In this document: positions 26,405 through 28,751 of the stretch, piece after piece
How positions within the stretch are numbered: the stretch's first letter is position 1
How the letters are laid out: each line of letters begins with the position of its first letter
Assembly: GCA_964512755.1 (NCBI GenBank)
Contig: CAZEKN010000002.1
Coordinates: 1-28,751 of the forward strand
Reading direction: 5' to 3'
DNA from: an uncultured Desulfatibacillum sp.
GTDB lineage: Bacteria > Desulfobacterota > Desulfobacteria > Desulfobacterales > SpSt-501
Length of the DNA: 28,751 bases
The notes under the pieces: model-generated
Databases searched by the model: none
What the model saw: only the letters and a program-made list of their open reading frames with translations
What the model was told of the DNA's origin: nothing
Translations under genes and position numbers: made by a program

Positions 26405-28326
26405 TTCTCGACGATGAGTTTCTGGCCGGGCTGCAGCTTGGCCTGGGCGTTCAGCCGGTTGAGGGCCAGCAGCCGCTCCAGAGCCATGCGATGCCGCTTG
26501 GCGATCGAGTTCAGCGTATCGCCGTTGCGTACCACATAAACCGGCGGTTTGGCCTTCGGCGGTTCGCTTCTGGCGGAAGCGGCCGAAGGTATGATCTTGA
26601 GGGTTTGCCCGATGGCCAGGCTGGAGGCGGTTACTCGGTTTAGGCGCTGGATTTCCTCGGTGGAGGTGCCATAACGCTTGGCCAGATTGTAAAGCGAGTC
26701 TCCGGAACGGACCACATGCTCGATCGTTTCATTACGGGCGGGCGGAACCTTCGGCTCCGGTTGCGCCGGTGATCGCTCCGGCGCGCATTCGGCGGGGATC
26801 CGCAGCGTCGTTCCGACCTTCAGCGTCCGTGGATGGCGGAGATTGTTCGCCAGCAGGATGCTGGCCGCATCGGTGCCGTATTTCCTGGAAATGGATTGAA
26901 GCGTTTCGTCCTTGCGTACCTTGTGGCGGACCACGACCGCGCGCTTCTCTTTGCGGGGCTGGTAGGAGGGGATGTCGTCCAGCTTGGCCAGGACCAGGCT
27001 TTTCTCGCCGGCGGGCACGCGCAGGTCATAACCGTCCTCCGGAAGCACCCCCTGCCGCAGCTCCGCATTGAGCAGGCGCAGCATTTCCTCGTCGATCCCG
27101 GTGGTTCGGGCAATGACGGAAAGGGATGCCTGCCGTGGGATGGTGACGATTTCACTCTCCCGCGGCGGGTCGACGACCACATCCTGAAGGCCGTACGTCT
27201 GGGGTGACCGGACGATATGCAGCGTGGCCAGGAACCGAGGTACGTAACGCGCCGTTTCTCGCGGCAGACGCTCGTACAAATCCCAAAAGTTGTCGAGGTA
27301 GTTAATGTTCTGACTCTGAATGGTCCGCAGCACCCTGTTTTCGCCGCAATTGTATGCCGCCAGCACCGTTGTCCAGTCGCCGAACATGCCGTGCAGCTCC
27401 TTCAAATATTCGATGGCGCCGCGGGTGGCTTTATCCGGATCTAGCCGCTCGTCGATGTAAGTGTCGCGGTTTAGTCCATAACGGTAGCCGGTGGAGGGAA
27501 TGAACTGCCACAGTCCCAAAGCTCGTGCGGGGGAAAGCGCGGTCACCTTGAATCCGCTTTCGATGAGCGGCAGCCATGCCAACTCAGCCGGCAGGCCGGC
27601 CTCAACCAGTTCCGCTTCAATTTTGGCCCGGTAGCGCCCCGATCGGCGGTAGGCCTCCAGAAAAAAATCCCTCTCGCGGCCGGTTGTGAAGGAGTCGATT
27701 TCGTCCTGCACGTGCCGGTTGATGGTGACCGGGATTTCGTTGCGCTTCCCGTTGACCAGCACATGGCGGGATGAATAGATTTCAATAATCCGTCTGGAAA
27801 TGGTGATCCGCAGATCCTCCATCTCCTGCAACAGCTCTGGGTCGTTCCCGGGATCCACGCTCAGAACCAAGCCATAGGCCTGATCCAGGGTGTCGATGGC
27901 CAGGTCAATCTCGCCGCGCTTCCAATTGTTTTGAGCGGCCCGGCAGAAGGCCAACGCGCGGTTGATGGACATCGCTTTTCCCTGAGGCGGCTGCCCTAGC
28001 GTTTCATCCTCCTCATCTTCGATGATGCATTCATCGCCGTTTTCGTTCGAAGGAACGCTTGCGGTCGGGCTCGATGCTGTTGCGGGCGATGCGATCTTTT
28101 GGGGCGGGGCCGGTTTGGGTGGAACGGCGCCGGCCTCCGGTTTGGCTGTGAGGGTGCCCATTGCCGGTGCCGGTGGTTGACCCGGACTCGCCGGCGCGGC
28201 CTTGGCTCCTTCGGCCAATGCGGGGGGCGCGGTAGTCGCCGAGGATGAGCGATTGGTCGGCGGGGTGGAGCACGCAGCGAGTACGGCCAGGCCAACTGCC
28301 AGACAAAAACTTAAACGGAATATCAT
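26401..28326 (-). CDS. mltD: MltD-like lytic transglycosylase lipoprotein with LysM repeats
   Basis: Lipobox LAAC after ATG 28326, SLT motifs IESGF, GLWQFIPSTG and AAYNCG, three clear C-terminal LysM domains (HKVRKDETL, HVVRSGDSL, YVVRNGDTL). 4-bp convergent stop overlap. Confidence 0.92.
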   Translation of the reverse strand: MIFRLSFCLAVGLAVLAACSTPPTNRSSSATTAPPALAEGAKAAPASPGQPPAPAMGTLTAKPEAGAVPPKPAPPQKIASPATASSPTASVPSNENGDECIIEDEEDETLGQPPQGKAMSINRALAFCRAAQNNWKRGEIDLAIDTLDQAYGLVLSVDPGNDPELLQEMEDLRITISRRIIEIYSSRHVLVNGKRNEIPVTINRHVQDEIDSFTTGRERDFFLEAYRRSGRYRAKIEAELVEAGLPAELAWLPLIESGFKVTALSPARALGLWQFIPSTGYRYGLNRDTYIDERLDPDKATRGAIEYLKELHGMFGDWTTVLAAYNCGENRVLRTIQSQNINYLDNFWDLYERLPRETARYVPRFLATLHIVRSPQTYGLQDVVVDPPRESEIVTIPRQASLSVIARTTGIDEEMLRLLNAELRQGVLPEDGYDLRVPAGEKSLVLAKLDDIPSYQPRKEKRAVVVRHKVRKDETLQSISRKYGTDAASILLANNLRHPRTLKVGTTLRIPAECAPERSPAQPEPKVPPARNETIEHVVRSGDSLYNLAKRYGTSTEEIQRLNRVTASSLAIGQTLKIIPSAASARSEPPKAKPPVYVVRNGDTLNSIAKRHRMALERLLALNRLNAQAKLQPGQKLIVEN

Positions 28327-28580
28327 GCGGTTCTTCCCGGACGAGCAAGGCGTATGCCTTGCGGCGTTTGTGGTTTTAAGCCGGCTCGCAGCGGGAAACA
28401 TTCCGCGTCGATTTGCGCAACGCGCAAACGACGCACCTCCCGTCGCCGGTTTGAAAAAAGTTGATCTCATAAAACAGAGACGCTATGGTTTGTCAAGACC
28501 TGGTGTCCGAAAGGGTAGAGACTTCCATAGGCCGACCGGTGGCATATCGGGCGAAAATCGAGCCGGTTGAAAAAAAATTC

Positions 28581-28608
28581 TTGCTTTTTTCATGCCAAGC
28601 TTTATAAT
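28581..28608 (+). promoter_or_regulatory. Stable-RNA-type promoter upstream of the tRNA
   Basis: A-tract, TTGCTT (28581-28586), N16, TATAAT (28603-28608), then CCCG. A second TTGACA lies at 28625-28630. Confidence 0.7.
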
Positions 28609-28699
28609 CCCGATGTTTTTTAACTTGACACGCACCCTAAAAAGCCCTAATAAAGCTCTTTTTAAAAGAGCAGATAGGGATTTTTTTGCGTTTTTAGCC

Positions 28700-28751
28700 G
28701 CCAGCGTAGCTCAGCTGGTAGAGCTACTGATTTGTAATCAGTGGGTCGGGG
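28700..28751 (+). tRNA. tRNA-Thr(UGU), truncated by the window edge
   Basis: GCCAGCG acceptor arm, D-stem GCTC/GAGC, anticodon stem ACTGA/TCAGT with loop TTTGTAA (anticodon TGT at 28733-28735). Confidence 0.95.

Noticed and set aside
28327-28470. Extended N-terminus of the MltD-like ORF; ydaO or c-di-GMP riboswitch in its leader
   Set aside because: The signal peptide and lipobox start at 28326, and the conserved motifs of those riboswitches were not found.
1-28751. CRISPR arrays, IS elements, integrases, prophage genes, tandem repeats
   Set aside because: No regularly spaced repeats, transposase/integrase motifs or compositionally foreign blocks were seen; AT-rich patches are confined to promoter regions.

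Overview
A GC-rich bacterial core-genome window. The small-protein families present (PxxKW Cys-rich, DVU0524-like, dual-CXXC selenoprotein) suggest Desulfobacterota, probably Desulfobacterales-like; this is inferred. Gene order from left: a minus-strand run read phoH - 7TM-HD (PgpH-like) - ybeY - nnr - tsaE - lysC - 31-aa membrane smORF - ileS (truncated at the window edge); cvpA-mazG-hisH-hisF; small minus-strand genes flanking a class II fba, two of them with sigma28/FliA-type promoters; an LpoA-like lipoprotein; pfk; a PxxKW protein; a type Ic aspartate aminotransferase; truA; argJ; an RsuA/RluB-type pseudouridine synthase; an AAA_28 ATPase; a nucleotide-sugar dehydrogenase; an MltD-like LysM lytic transglycosylase; and the start of tRNA-Thr(UGU). 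I saw no IS, prophage or CRISPR array. Main items missed or unexplained by the ORF track: (1) a small CxxC-x9-U-x6-CxxC selenoprotein gene with an in-frame UGA and a SECIS-like hairpin directly upstream of truA; (2) two near-consensus sigma28 promoters, one driving a DVU0524-like/FlaG-like pair and one a DUF4124 gene, with no flagellar structural gene in the window; (3) a 31-aa single-TM smORF between lysC and ileS. All family assignments come from motif recognition, not database searches.
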